Assembly (NCBI GenBank): GCA_028711505.1
Contig: JAQTSC010000004.1
Location: 1-62,706 of the forward strand
Direction of reading: 5' to 3'
DNA length: 62,706 bases
DNA from: Minisyncoccota bacterium
Lineage (GTDB): Bacteria > Patescibacteriota > Minisyncoccia > JAHISW01 > Tagabacteraceae
Shown here one piece after another: positions 9,644 to 19,595 of this stretch. Position 1 is the stretch's first letter. Every line of letters starts with the position of its first letter. The position numbers and the translations under genes are program-made. The notes below the pieces were generated by a model. That model was not told the DNA's origin. It searched no databases and was given only the letters and a program-made list of their open reading frames with translations.

Positions 9644-10108
9644 ATGCTATTATTAAAGAAAGATATGCGGAACATAACGACAAAAACCGTAAACCAAACC
9701 CAAAAACTGGCGGCAAATTTGGCAAAGAAAATTATTAAAGCCGGGCCTTTAGATAACGGGGCCTTGGTTGTCGGTCTTGTCGGCGATCTCGGGGCCGGCA
9801 AAACCGTTTTTACGCAAGGTTTTGCCGCGGCACTTGGTGTAAAAGAAAAAGTAGTTAGCCCGACTTTCGTTTTGCTTCGCCGCTACAAGATAGAAATCTC
9901 GGGTTTTAAAAATTTGATTCATATAGACGCCTATAGAATAGAAAATTCCGAAGAAATTTTGGAATTGGGGTGGAAACAGATAGTTGAAGACCCTGAAAAT
10001 ATAATTGTTGTGGAATGGGCGGAGCGCGTTAAAAACATTTTGCCGAAAAAAAGTATTGAGATAAAAATAGAACATTTTGAAAAAGACAAAAGGCGGATAG
10101 GTTTTTAA
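9644..10108 (+). CDS. tsaE: tRNA t6A37 biosynthesis protein TsaE
   Basis: P-loop GDLGAGKTVFTQG followed by SPTF. Start moved to the internal ATG at 9644, because the track start overlaps the upstream gene. Confidence 0.8.
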   Translation: MLLLKKDMRNITTKTVNQTQKLAANLAKKIIKAGPLDNGALVVGLVGDLGAGKTVFTQGFAAALGVKEKVVSPTFVLLRRYKIEISGFKNLIHIDAYRIENSEEILELGWKQIVEDPENIIVVEWAERVKNILPKKSIEIKIEHFEKDKRRIGF

Positions 10109-10138
10109 CCGGTTTGGGTTGAGGGTATAATAAATTTA

Positions 10139-12532
10139 ATGGCGGCTTTAGAAAAACAAACTCTTGTTCTTATCGATTCTCACGCGGTTTTGCACCGCGC
10201 TTTTCACGCTTTGCCTGATTTCGTTTCTCCCGGCGGCGAGCCCACGGGCGCGCTTTACGGATTTACCACCACCTTGTTAAAAGTGTTAAAAGATTTTAAC
10301 CCTTCGCATATTGCCGCTTGCTATGATTTACCGGAGCCGACTTTCCGCCACGTCTCTTATAAAAATTACAAAGCCAAGAGGCCGAAAACCGACGAGGGGC
10401 TTGCTTTGCAGATTGATAAGTCAAAAGAAATTTTAAGAGCTTTGGGAATTCCTGTTTATGAAAAAGCGGGATTTGAAGCTGACGATATTTTGGCTTCAAT
10501 AGTCGAGCAATTAGGGGAATCCCGACGTAAAGCCGGGGCTTCGGCTGAAACCTCGGGATTAAAAACCATCATAACGACCGGAGATTTGGACACTCTTCAG
10601 CTCGTAGACGACGATGTCTCGGTTTACACGATGAAAAGAGGAATCCAGGATTCTGTTTTATACGATGAAAAAGCCGTTATTGAACGTTTTGGCTTTGATC
10701 CGAAATCACTTCCCGACTACAAGGGGCTTATGGGCGATCCCTCGGATAATATAATAGGAATACCGGGAATAGGAGAAAAAACCGCGAAAATTTTGATAAA
10801 AAATTTCGGAAATATTGAAAATCTTTACAAAAAATTGAAAACAGAAAAAGTTTCCTTGGAAAAAATAGGCATAAAAGAAAGAATTATAAAGCTTCTCGAA
10901 GAGCACGAAGAGGAAGCTCTTTTCAGTAAAGTCCTTGCTGAAACAAGAAAAGACGTGGATACGGGATTTTTTCTTGGCGACTGCGAATGGCCGCGCGGTT
11001 TTAATAAAGAAAAGTCGGAAGAAATTTTTAAAGAGCTCGGTTTCCGAAGTCTTGTTTCCCGGCTTTCCGGCTTCGGAGAAAAAAAAGAGCCGGAAGATAA
11101 ACCTTTTTCTTCGGCAACTCCGGAAATTTCCGAAAGTGTAGAAAAAGAACTTAAAATAGCTTTTTGGCTCCTGGATTCAAGAAGAGCGAATCCGAAACTT
11201 GAAGAAATTTTTTCCTATACCGGAAGCTCTTCGGCAAAAGAAGCCGCGGCCTTTTTAATTTCCGAGCTTGAAAAAAACGGCATGAAAAAACTTTTTGAAG
11301 AAATGGAAAAACCGCTTATCCCTATTCTTTCGGAAATGGAAAAGACTGGAATTCTTCTCGATGTGGATTATCTGAAATTATTTTCAAAAGATTGTCGGAA
11401 AAAACTTGAAAGCGCCAAGAAAAAAATATGGAAATTGGCCGGAGTCGAATTCAATGTAAGCTCGCCAAAACAGCTTGGCGACGTTCTTTTTAACAAAATG
11501 GGAATTTCCGCGAAAGGCTTGAGAAAAACCGGAGGCGGAGCTCTTTCAACCAAATTTTCCGAGCTTGAAAAGCTAAGGGACAGACACGAAATCATAGAAG
11601 AAATTTTTTCCTACCGCGAACTCGCGAAACTCACCACTACATATATAGATAATCTTCCCGGCCTTGTTGATAAAGAAAATCGGCTGCATACGACTTTTGT
11701 CCAAACCGGCACGACCACCGGCAGGCTTTCTTCAACGGACCCGAATCTTCAGAATATTCCCATAAGAACAGAGCTTGGCCGAGGGGTCAGAAAAGCGTTT
11801 ATTTCCCCAAAGGGATTTTCTCTTTTATCGTGCGATTATTCGCAGATAGAACTTCGAGTGGCGGCTTCTCTAAGCGGAGACAAAAAACTTACAAAAGCGT
11901 TTAACGAAGGCAAAGACATTCATAATAAAGTCGCTTCGGAAGTTTTTAACGTTCCCTTTGATAAGGTGGACGCTGAGATGAGAAGAAGGGCCAAGGTAAT
12001 AAACTTCGGAATTATTTACGGGATGGGCGTTAACAGCTTGAAAAAAAATTTGAATTGCACCCGAGAAGAAGCCGAACTTTTTTACGACGAGTACTTTAAT
12101 GATTTTTCCGGTATGTCCGAGTATATCGAGAAAATAAAAATGGAAGCGAGAAAAAAAAGTTTTACGGAAACTTTTTTCAAGAGGAGACGCTACCTTCCGG
12201 AAATAAATTCTCCTGTTGAGTATATAAGAAAAGAAGCGGAAAGGATGGCGATAAACGCTCCTATTCAGGGAACAGCCGCCGATATAATAAAAATTGCCAT
12301 GGTAGACCTCGGCAAGAAAATGGCGGCGAAGGAATTTTCCGGCAAAGCGCGGCTCCTTCTGCAGGTTCATGACGAACTGCTTTTTGAAGTAAGAGATGAT
12401 ATAATTGAGGAAATCGCGTCTCTCGCGAAAGAAGAAATGGAAAAAATACGCCTGCCCGAAGTTCCTATTTTGATAGAAGCAAAAATCGGGAAAAATTGGG
12501 CGGAAATGAAAAAGCTCTCCGTTATAAACTGA
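10139..12532 (+). CDS. polA: DNA polymerase I (5'-3' exonuclease + polymerase; reduced middle domain)
   Basis: 797 aa. Pol A motifs DYSQIELR, RRRAKVINFGIIYG and QVHDEL. N-terminal 5' nuclease/H3TH region. Confidence 0.92.
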   Translation: MAALEKQTLVLIDSHAVLHRAFHALPDFVSPGGEPTGALYGFTTTLLKVLKDFNPSHIAACYDLPEPTFRHVSYKNYKAKRPKTDEGLALQIDKSKEILRALGIPVYEKAGFEADDILASIVEQLGESRRKAGASAETSGLKTIITTGDLDTLQLVDDDVSVYTMKRGIQDSVLYDEKAVIERFGFDPKSLPDYKGLMGDPSDNIIGIPGIGEKTAKILIKNFGNIENLYKKLKTEKVSLEKIGIKERIIKLLEEHEEEALFSKVLAETRKDVDTGFFLGDCEWPRGFNKEKSEEIFKELGFRSLVSRLSGFGEKKEPEDKPFSSATPEISESVEKELKIAFWLLDSRRANPKLEEIFSYTGSSSAKEAAAFLISELEKNGMKKLFEEMEKPLIPILSEMEKTGILLDVDYLKLFSKDCRKKLESAKKKIWKLAGVEFNVSSPKQLGDVLFNKMGISAKGLRKTGGGALSTKFSELEKLRDRHEIIEEIFSYRELAKLTTTYIDNLPGLVDKENRLHTTFVQTGTTTGRLSSTDPNLQNIPIRTELGRGVRKAFISPKGFSLLSCDYSQIELRVAASLSGDKKLTKAFNEGKDIHNKVASEVFNVPFDKVDAEMRRRAKVINFGIIYGMGVNSLKKNLNCTREEAELFYDEYFNDFSGMSEYIEKIKMEARKKSFTETFFKRRRYLPEINSPVEYIRKEAERMAINAPIQGTAADIIKIAMVDLGKKMAAKEFSGKARLLLQVHDELLFEVRDDIIEEIASLAKEEMEKIRLPEVPILIEAKIGKNWAEMKKLSVIN

Positions 12533-12547
12533 CAAAATCTTAAATAA

Positions 12548-13165
12548 ATGGCGTTGAATTTAGATAAAATTGATTTAAAAAAAGAGATAGCGGATCTTAA
12601 AAAAATCGCCGGAGAACAAAGAGGCAATGACGCGAAATTTTTGGTTGATTACATAAAAAAGAAAGAAGGCGAAAACGGATTTGCCCGTTTGAAAAAGGAA
12701 TTGGAAAAAAACGGATACGCGCTTCCCGACGTGGATAAAATAAAAAACACCGAATGGATTCCGGCAAGCATTCCGACCATCATCATGGTGTCGGCCGCGA
12801 AGTTTTTCAGATGGGAGGAAGAAGATGTTTTTGAAATGGGCAGAAAAGTTTTGAGTTTCTCTCCGAGCATAAAGTTGTTCTTTAAATATTTTCTTTCCCC
12901 GAGAAAAACTTTCAGTCTCGCGGAAAAGGCATGGAAAAAGATTTATTCTTTCAGCGAAATAAAACTGATAAAATACGACGAGAAGAATAAAATAATAGTA
13001 ATGAGGGTTTACAATTTCAAAAAACATCCGATTACCTGCGTTTATTTAAGAGGAGGAATTTCAAAATTTGCGGAGATAGCGACTGGTCTTAAAAAAGTCA
13101 AAGCCGAAGAAACAAAGTGCATGTTTAAAGGAGACCCGTACCACGAATATACTTTTAAATTTTAA
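12548..13165 (+). CDS. hypothetical protein (possible V4R/DUF2378-like ligand-binding domain)
   Basis: 205-aa ORF. The C-terminal E..C...GD....E motif is reminiscent of V4R-type domains. Sits directly upstream of a histidine kinase. Confidence 0.3.
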   Translation: MALNLDKIDLKKEIADLKKIAGEQRGNDAKFLVDYIKKKEGENGFARLKKELEKNGYALPDVDKIKNTEWIPASIPTIIMVSAAKFFRWEEEDVFEMGRKVLSFSPSIKLFFKYFLSPRKTFSLAEKAWKKIYSFSEIKLIKYDEKNKIIVMRVYNFKKHPITCVYLRGGISKFAEIATGLKKVKAEETKCMFKGDPYHEYTFKF

Positions 13166-13197
13166 TTTTGGCGAGAACATAAAAACGAAGCGACGAG

Positions 13198-14763
13198 ATG
13201 AAAAAAAAGAATAAAAAACATCTCCTTCCCCGGCTTAAGGCCGACGTGGAAGATCTTGAAAGATACATAGAAGAATTTTCGCTGTTTTTGCCGCTTGCTG
13301 TTTTTATCCTCAATCCTAAAAGCATCTTCATCGACGCGAATAAATCGGCGCTGAAGCTTTGCGGGTACAATGACTACGAAATAATCGGAGAAAAAATAGA
13401 ATTTCTTTTTAAGGATAAAAAGAAAGCCAGAATTTTTTTCAGGAAAGTTTCAAAAGAGAAAAAACGCGCCGAAACGGAGATGATTCTTTTGGACAAAAAA
13501 AACCGGCAAGTACCGGTGAATATTTCCCTCGCGCCCAGGATGGATGACGACGGAGATATCGTGGGTTTTTTTATGGCGGTATCCGATATAACCGAGAGCA
13601 AAAAATTTCAGGAAAATCTTGAAAATAAAGTAAAAGAAAGGACAAAAGACCTCGAAAAAGCGCGGGTGAACCTGGCGGAAACACTGGAGCAAACTCGGAA
13701 AGCCAAAGAAATTGCCGAAGAAGAAGAAAGTAAAACAAAAGCTATCTTGTTCGGTATGGACGACGGGCTTATTTTTTTCGACAAAGAAAACAAGCTCGCT
13801 CTTATGAATACGTTCGCTAAAAATCTTCTGGGCTTTAAGCAATTTAATGCTTTGTCGTCTTCTTTTTCCGAATTGTCCAGAAACCGGCGTTTCAAGGCTG
13901 TTGCCGACGCGATAGGTCCCGGATTAAAAAAGGTTTTTCGCAAACCTGTTGTGTTTGAAGGCGAAGACGCTACGGAAATTTCAACCTTTGCGGTAGGAAG
14001 CGGCCGTAAGCGGATAGGTCGCCTTGTTGTTTTCCATGATGTTGCGAGAGAAAGAGCCATGGATAAAATAAAATCCGAATTTATTTCCGTTGCGGCTCAC
14101 CAACTAAGAACGCCACTCTCTTCCGTTAAATGGGTTTTAAAAATGATTCTGGACGGTGATTTCGGAGATATTACTCCCAAGCAGAAAGAATTTATCGGAA
14201 GAGGTTATGCTTCAAACGAAAGGATGATACAGCTGGTTAACGATCTTCTGGACGTAAGTCGCATAGAAGAAGGCCAATTCGGTTTCAAGTTTACGTCGGA
14301 AGACTTTAACAATTTTTCGGCTGTTGTCGCGTCCAATTTCAGGGATGCCGCTGAAAGAAGCGGAGTTAAACTAACTATAAATGTCGGAAAAACCCCTTTG
14401 TTTTTTTCTTTTGACGTTCAGCGCATGGAAGTTGTTTTGTCTAACCTTTTAGATAACGCGATAAGATACACTTCTTCCGGAGGAGAAGTGTCTTTTTCGG
14501 TTAGCGCCGGAGAAAAGGGTGTAATTGTCTCGGTCAGAGATACTGGCGTTGGGATACCGGAAAAACAAAAAAGTCGGGTTTTTACCAAGTTTTTCCGCGG
14601 AGATAATGTCGTCAGGATGCAAACCGAAGGCACCGGGCTGGGTCTTTATCTTTCCAAAAACATAACAGAAAAACACGGAGGAAAGATAAGTTTCGAGTCC
14701 GAAGAAGGAAAAGGAACGGTTTTTAACGTGTTTTTGCCTTTTAAAACGAAATACTCTTCTTGA
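13198..14763 (+). CDS. PAS-domain sensor histidine kinase
   Basis: 521 aa with H-box SVAAHQLRTPL, N-box LSNLLDNAIRY, and G-boxes DTGVGIP / GTGLGL. Confidence 0.9.
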   Translation: MKKKNKKHLLPRLKADVEDLERYIEEFSLFLPLAVFILNPKSIFIDANKSALKLCGYNDYEIIGEKIEFLFKDKKKARIFFRKVSKEKKRAETEMILLDKKNRQVPVNISLAPRMDDDGDIVGFFMAVSDITESKKFQENLENKVKERTKDLEKARVNLAETLEQTRKAKEIAEEEESKTKAILFGMDDGLIFFDKENKLALMNTFAKNLLGFKQFNALSSSFSELSRNRRFKAVADAIGPGLKKVFRKPVVFEGEDATEISTFAVGSGRKRIGRLVVFHDVARERAMDKIKSEFISVAAHQLRTPLSSVKWVLKMILDGDFGDITPKQKEFIGRGYASNERMIQLVNDLLDVSRIEEGQFGFKFTSEDFNNFSAVVASNFRDAAERSGVKLTINVGKTPLFFSFDVQRMEVVLSNLLDNAIRYTSSGGEVSFSVSAGEKGVIVSVRDTGVGIPEKQKSRVFTKFFRGDNVVRMQTEGTGLGLYLSKNITEKHGGKISFESEEGKGTVFNVFLPFKTKYSS

Positions 14764-14851
14764 CGAATTTTTGTTTTAATCGTTTTTCGGTTAAAATTGA
14801 ATTATGCTGCTTTTAATTGGTTCGTTTTTCTAATTATAAGAAAATATTTTT

Positions 14852-15658
14852 ATGGACCGTAAAAAAATTGTAGTGATTGAGGACGAAAAGACTCTTCTTG
14901 TCGCGATTAAATCAAAACTTAAGATGGAAGGATACGATGTTTTTTCCGCCGAAGACGGGCTTGATGGAGAAAACATGGTAAAAGAGATCAAACCCGACAT
15001 GGTCTTGCTGGATATTCTGCTTCCTTCAAAAAACGGACTTGATATTTTGGAAGATCTGAGAAAAGAGGGCTTTAATTTGCCGGTTGTCATAATTTCAAAT
15101 TCCGGTCAGCCTGTAGAAGTGGACAGGGCTTTAAAACTTGGAGCGGCGGACTATTTGATAAAAGCCGATTTTAATCCGTCTGATGTTTTGCAAAAGGTGG
15201 AAAAAGTGATAGGCCCCGGAGAAAAATTTATCGGTGGAAATATTGAAACAGAACACCTGAAAGACAACGTATTAAGAGAAGAAAAAACCGTTTTAGTTAT
15301 TGAAGACGACCAATTCTTGAGAGAAGTCGTTGTTCAAAAATTAAAAAGAGAAGGTTTTGATGTCCTTTCCGCCATAGACGCGAACGAAGCGTTTTTGCGG
15401 ATAAAAGAAAAAAAACCGGGAATTATGCTTTTAGATTTGATTCTTCCCGGCATCGACGGATTTGAATTTTTAAGCCAGATCAAAAAAAATCCGGAAACGA
15501 ACAAAATCCCCGTGATTGTTTTAAGCAATTTGGGACAAAAAGAAGACGTGGACAGGGCGCGGGAAGCCGGAGCGGCGGATTATCTTGTAAAAGCCAATTA
15601 TACCCCGGGAGAAATAGCCAAAAAAATCAGAGAGGTGCTTAAAGAAAAATATATTTAG
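14852..15658 (+). CDS. response regulator with two tandem receiver domains and no output domain
   Basis: 268 aa. Two REC units (VVIEDE...DILLP...K and LVIEDD...DLILP...K). Confidence 0.85.
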   Translation: MDRKKIVVIEDEKTLLVAIKSKLKMEGYDVFSAEDGLDGENMVKEIKPDMVLLDILLPSKNGLDILEDLRKEGFNLPVVIISNSGQPVEVDRALKLGAADYLIKADFNPSDVLQKVEKVIGPGEKFIGGNIETEHLKDNVLREEKTVLVIEDDQFLREVVVQKLKREGFDVLSAIDANEAFLRIKEKKPGIMLLDLILPGIDGFEFLSQIKKNPETNKIPVIVLSNLGQKEDVDRAREAGAADYLVKANYTPGEIAKKIREVLKEKYI

Positions 15659-15663
15659 GCGAA

Positions 15664-16374
15664 ATGTTTTATTTAATTTCGGGAACCGATATTGAAAAGG
15701 TTTCCAAAAAAATTAACGAGCTTTTAAAAGATTTTTCCGGAAAGCAAGAAAGGCTTTCCATTTTTCGTTTTGACGAGGATAACTTTTCAGAAGAAGATTT
15801 TAGCGGCTTGCTTGGCGCTTCGGGGTTGTTTTTCTCGCAAAGCGCCGTCGTCTCCAGGGGTCTTTTTTCCGATAAGAGGTCTGCTCCTTTCCTGTCCGAG
15901 AATTTAGGAAAGATCAAAGATTCGGAAAACATTTTTGTCTTTATTGATAAGAAATTTGAAGAAAAAGAAAAAAGCGACGCTTCCGGGTTTTGGGATTTCG
16001 GCGGCGAAGCCCCCTCGGCAGTTCCTAAGTTTGCCTATTTCGGGCCAAATCTTTTCAGAATAGCCGATGCCCTTTTTTCAGGCAGAAAGAACGAAGCGTG
16101 GATTTTATCCCAGGAAGAAATGCTAAAAGGCATGCCCGCGGAAGAAATTTTTTGGAAAATCGTTTTTAAAATCAAGATTCTTTCCGCTATAAAAAAAGGA
16201 GAAACGAAAGGCATGAATAAATACGCGTACGATAAGTCAAAAAAAGCCGCTGACCATTTTGACGTTGACCGCTTGAGGCGCATGTCTTTTTCTCTTGTTG
16301 ATTTGTACCATAAAAACAACAAAGGCCTTGCTGACCTTTCTTGCGGGCTTGAGAAATTTATACTTTCTTTTTAG
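15664..16374 (+). CDS. probable DNA polymerase III delta subunit (short HolA-like)
   Basis: 236 aa. The N-terminus (MFYLISGTD..) and length pattern resemble HolA. Weak call. Confidence 0.4.
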   Translation: MFYLISGTDIEKVSKKINELLKDFSGKQERLSIFRFDEDNFSEEDFSGLLGASGLFFSQSAVVSRGLFSDKRSAPFLSENLGKIKDSENIFVFIDKKFEEKEKSDASGFWDFGGEAPSAVPKFAYFGPNLFRIADALFSGRKNEAWILSQEEMLKGMPAEEIFWKIVFKIKILSAIKKGETKGMNKYAYDKSKKAADHFDVDRLRRMSFSLVDLYHKNNKGLADLSCGLEKFILSF

Positions 16375-16383
16375 AAGACGTTT

Positions 16384-16644
16384 TTATTTAGAGGAAACTT
16401 TTTTGGCCAAGCCGGATTTTTTTCTTGCCGCCAGATTTTTCTTTATAACTCCGGTTTTTACGGCTTTGTCTATGGCTTTGTACGCTTCGGGAAGCAAATT
16501 CAACGCTTCCCCTTTTTTATCTTGAGAAAGGAGTTTTTTAATGTCTTTAATTTTTCCTTTTAACGCTTCTTTCTTTTTTCTGTTCGCGTTTTTTCTTTTT
16601 AGAGATTGCCTTAAAGCTTTTTTGGCTGATTTGGTTATTGGCAT
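16384..16644 (-). CDS. rpsT: 30S ribosomal protein S20
   Basis: 86 aa, basic, with MPITKSAKKALRQS N-terminus. Confidence 0.9.
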   Translation of the reverse strand: MPITKSAKKALRQSLKRKNANRKKKEALKGKIKDIKKLLSQDKKGEALNLLPEAYKAIDKAVKTGVIKKNLAARKKSGLAKKVSSK

Positions 16645-16717
16645 ACGGCTGGTTTTTAAATGTACGCTTATCCTATCAAATATGTTAAAAATTGCAATGC
16701 TAATGTAAGATACTACT

Positions 16718-17296
16718 ATGATTGCAAGAATTGAAGGCGAAGTTGTTTTTAAGGCGCAAAGATTCGTTGTTTTAGAAACGGCGGGCGTGGGCTACAAGAT
16801 TTTTATTTCCATGGAAACGCTTTCTGGTATTCCGGCGACGGGAGAGAAATTCATTTTGTGGATTCATACTCATGTCCGCGAGGACGACATTAGTCTTTAC
16901 GGATTTCTTAATTACTCGGAATTGGAATTTTTCGAACAGCTTATCCAAATATCAGGAATAGGTCCGAAAAGCGCGCTGGCTGTTTTATCCGTGGCGCCGC
17001 TCGATGTTTTGAAAAAAGCCATCGGTTCCGGAGAAATTTCATATTTGACCAAAGTTTCCGGAATCGGCAAAAAATTGGCGGAGAAAATAATATTGGAATT
17101 GAAAGACAAACTTTCCGCCTCTGGAGTTTTGATAAAAGACGGGTCTTTTGTCGAAGGAGAATACGCCGTTGAAGCGCTGAAGTCTCTCGGGTATTCGCTT
17201 AGGGAAAGCCGCGAAGCGGTGATGAAAGTTGGCCAGGATATTAAAGGAACGGAAAATATTGTAAGAGAAGCGCTGAGAAATATTAACAAAAATTGA
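16718..17296 (+). CDS. ruvA: Holliday junction DNA helicase RuvA
   Basis: 192 aa with MIARIEGEV.. N-terminus, HhH motifs (GIGPKSA, GIGKKLAEKI) and domain III. Confidence 0.9.
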   Translation: MIARIEGEVVFKAQRFVVLETAGVGYKIFISMETLSGIPATGEKFILWIHTHVREDDISLYGFLNYSELEFFEQLIQISGIGPKSALAVLSVAPLDVLKKAIGSGEISYLTKVSGIGKKLAEKIILELKDKLSASGVLIKDGSFVEGEYAVEALKSLGYSLRESREAVMKVGQDIKGTENIVREALRNINKN

Positions 17297-17299
17297 AGC

Positions 17300-18631
17300 A
17301 TGACGCTTGAAACATTTTTTGTTTTTCTGAAAAGATTTATTCCCCGAAAATTATTTGTTTTTTTTCAGCCGGTTTACCACCGGCTCCTCGCTTTTTTTGC
17401 CGCTTTAATTTATTGTTTTCCCTCCCGCAAGATTTTTGTCGTTGGAGTGACCGGCACAAAAGGAAAAACAACAGTGCTGGAAATAATAAACGCTATCCTG
17501 GAACAAGCCGGTTTTAAAACAGCTTTGATGTCTACTTTGCGTTTTAAAGTCGGAGATGAGGAAGAAAGAAATGAATTAAAGATGACAATGCCGGGAAGAT
17601 TTTTCGTGCAAAAATTTTTACGCAAGGCGGCAAAAGGCGGCTGTGAGTATGCCCTTCTGGAAATGACATCACAGGGCGTCTCCCAGTCCAGGCATAAATT
17701 TATCGCCCTTGATTCCATGATTTTTACCAATCTGGCGGCGGAGCATATCGAATCGCACGGTTCTTTCGAAAAATACCGCGAAGCGAAAGTGGAGCTTTTT
17801 AAAGCGCTTCAGAAATCGCGGAAAAAGAAAAAGGTTTTGGTTTTAAACAAGGACGATGAAAATATAAAATATTTTCTTCCGTTCAAGGCGGAAGAGAGAT
17901 GGGCTTATGGGATAGAAGGACGCGGGTTTGAAGAAAACGGTTTGGGTGAAGATTTTAAAAAACTTTATGTTTCAAAATTTATTTTGAGGGAAAACGGAAT
18001 CGATTTTGAAATTGGAGAAAAAAGTTTCAGTTCAAAACTTTTAGGCGAATTCAATTTGTATAATTTATTGGCTGCGGTTTCCTTCGCCTTGTCTCAGTCC
18101 GTCGGAGAGTCCGTGATTAAAAAAGCCGTTGAAAAATTTTCAGGAGTTTCCGGCCGCGTTGAATTTATTAATGAAGGTCAGGATTTTAAAATTGTCGTCG
18201 ACTACGCGCATACCCCGGACTCTCTTCAAAAGCTTTATGAAGTTTTTCAGGCCTCGCGCCGCATTTGTGTTTTGGGTGCCACCGGCGGCGGCCGCGACAA
18301 ATGGAAAAGAATTGAATTCGGCCGTATCGCTGCCGCTAATTGCGATGAAATAATACTTACAAACGAAGATCCTTATGATGAAAACCCGGCGGAAATAATA
18401 AGCAACATTGCCATGGGAATAGAATCTCCTTTTAAATACAAAATAATGGCCGATCGCAGGGATGCCATCCGGGAAGCGCTTCGTACGGCTAAAAAAGGCG
18501 ACACAGTTTTGATTACCGGAAAAGGAACCGACCCTTTCATAATGGGACCTAATGGGTCTAAAATTCGTTGGGACGACAGGGATGTGGCAAGAGAAGAAAT
18601 CGGGAAAATTTTGAATTCTAAACAGGAATAA
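17300..18631 (+). CDS. murE: Mur ligase, MurE-like (UDP-MurNAc-tripeptide synthetase)
   Basis: 443 aa with GVTGTKGKTT P-loop, EMTSQG, TNLAAEHIESHGSFEKYREAK, DYAHTPDSL and GGGRDKWKR. Confidence 0.75.
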   Translation: MTLETFFVFLKRFIPRKLFVFFQPVYHRLLAFFAALIYCFPSRKIFVVGVTGTKGKTTVLEIINAILEQAGFKTALMSTLRFKVGDEEERNELKMTMPGRFFVQKFLRKAAKGGCEYALLEMTSQGVSQSRHKFIALDSMIFTNLAAEHIESHGSFEKYREAKVELFKALQKSRKKKKVLVLNKDDENIKYFLPFKAEERWAYGIEGRGFEENGLGEDFKKLYVSKFILRENGIDFEIGEKSFSSKLLGEFNLYNLLAAVSFALSQSVGESVIKKAVEKFSGVSGRVEFINEGQDFKIVVDYAHTPDSLQKLYEVFQASRRICVLGATGGGRDKWKRIEFGRIAAANCDEIILTNEDPYDENPAEIISNIAMGIESPFKYKIMADRRDAIREALRTAKKGDTVLITGKGTDPFIMGPNGSKIRWDDRDVAREEIGKILNSKQE

Positions 18632-18691
18632 TATTGAGTCAAACCTGTCTGTTGCGCGGTTTCATGGCAGTTTTATTTTTAAAAACAAGAA

Positions 18692-19573
18692 ATGCCCGAG
18701 CTTCCGGAAGTCCAGACAATAATAAATGATCTCAGAAAAGTTTTACCCGGATTAAAAATTTTCGGTGTTTGGACCGATTTTCCGAAAATGATTAAACATC
18801 CGGCAAGCTCCTTTCTTTTCGAGAAAAAATTAATTCGAAGTAAATTTCTAAAAGTTGAACGGCGCGGAAAAAATATTTTATTTTATCTTTCCGGCGGAAA
18901 AACTTTGCTTATTCATCAAAAAATGACCGGCCATTTGATGTATGGGAAATGGCGGATGGAAAAGAATAAGTGGTTAAGCGTTGATAAAGGGCCTTTGCTG
19001 GAAGATCCTCAAAATCGATTTATACATCTTGTTTTTGAATTATCGAATAAAAAACAGCTTGCCCTTTCCGATGTCAGAAAATTCTCCAAGGTTTTGATAT
19101 GGAAAACCAGCGACCTTGAAAATTTAAAAGACATAAAAAATATCGGAGTTGATCCTGTCTCTGCGGATTTTACCATAAAAACTCTTGAAAAAATTTTTAA
19201 AAATAAAAAAGGAAAGATAAGAGACGTTTTAATGAATCAAGAAATAATCTCGGGAATTGGAAATATTTACGCGAGTGAAATTTTATGGGAGGCCGGGTTG
19301 CACCCGTTTTGCGAAGTTTCAAGATTCAACAAAAAAGATTTTGTGAAACTGCGCGCTTCCATTAAAAAAATTTTAAACCAGGCCATAAAATCGCGGGGAG
19401 ATTCCATTATAGATTATCGCGATCTTTACGGCAGAAAAGGAGGATATCAGCACAAACATAAAGCGTATCAAATGGAAGGCAAAAAATGCGCGAAAAAAGA
19501 CGGCGGCATCATCAAAAGAATAAAGGTCAAAGGCCGTTCCGCGTTTTATTGCCCCGTGCATCAAAAATTATAA
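18692..19573 (+). CDS. mutM: formamidopyrimidine-DNA glycosylase
   Basis: 293 aa with MPELPEV N-terminus, H2TH and a C-terminal zinc finger (C..K..G....GRSAFYCPVHQ). Confidence 0.88.
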   Translation: MPELPEVQTIINDLRKVLPGLKIFGVWTDFPKMIKHPASSFLFEKKLIRSKFLKVERRGKNILFYLSGGKTLLIHQKMTGHLMYGKWRMEKNKWLSVDKGPLLEDPQNRFIHLVFELSNKKQLALSDVRKFSKVLIWKTSDLENLKDIKNIGVDPVSADFTIKTLEKIFKNKKGKIRDVLMNQEIISGIGNIYASEILWEAGLHPFCEVSRFNKKDFVKLRASIKKILNQAIKSRGDSIIDYRDLYGRKGGYQHKHKAYQMEGKKCAKKDGGIIKRIKVKGRSAFYCPVHQKL

Positions 19574-19595
19574 ATTACTGTGGTATTATAAAATT

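Noticed and set aside
11870-12535. Long antisense ORFs inside well-supported genes (221 aa in polA; also 37657-38199 in rny, 52873-53460 in pilC, 55730-56236 across pseudopilins, 47813-48313 in the VWA gene, 4748-5308 in yebC/ruvC)
   Set aside because: They are typical shadow ORFs of AT-rich or low-complexity coding DNA. They have no start signals, biased Phe/Ser/Arg/Lys composition, and lie fully inside genes with clear family motifs.
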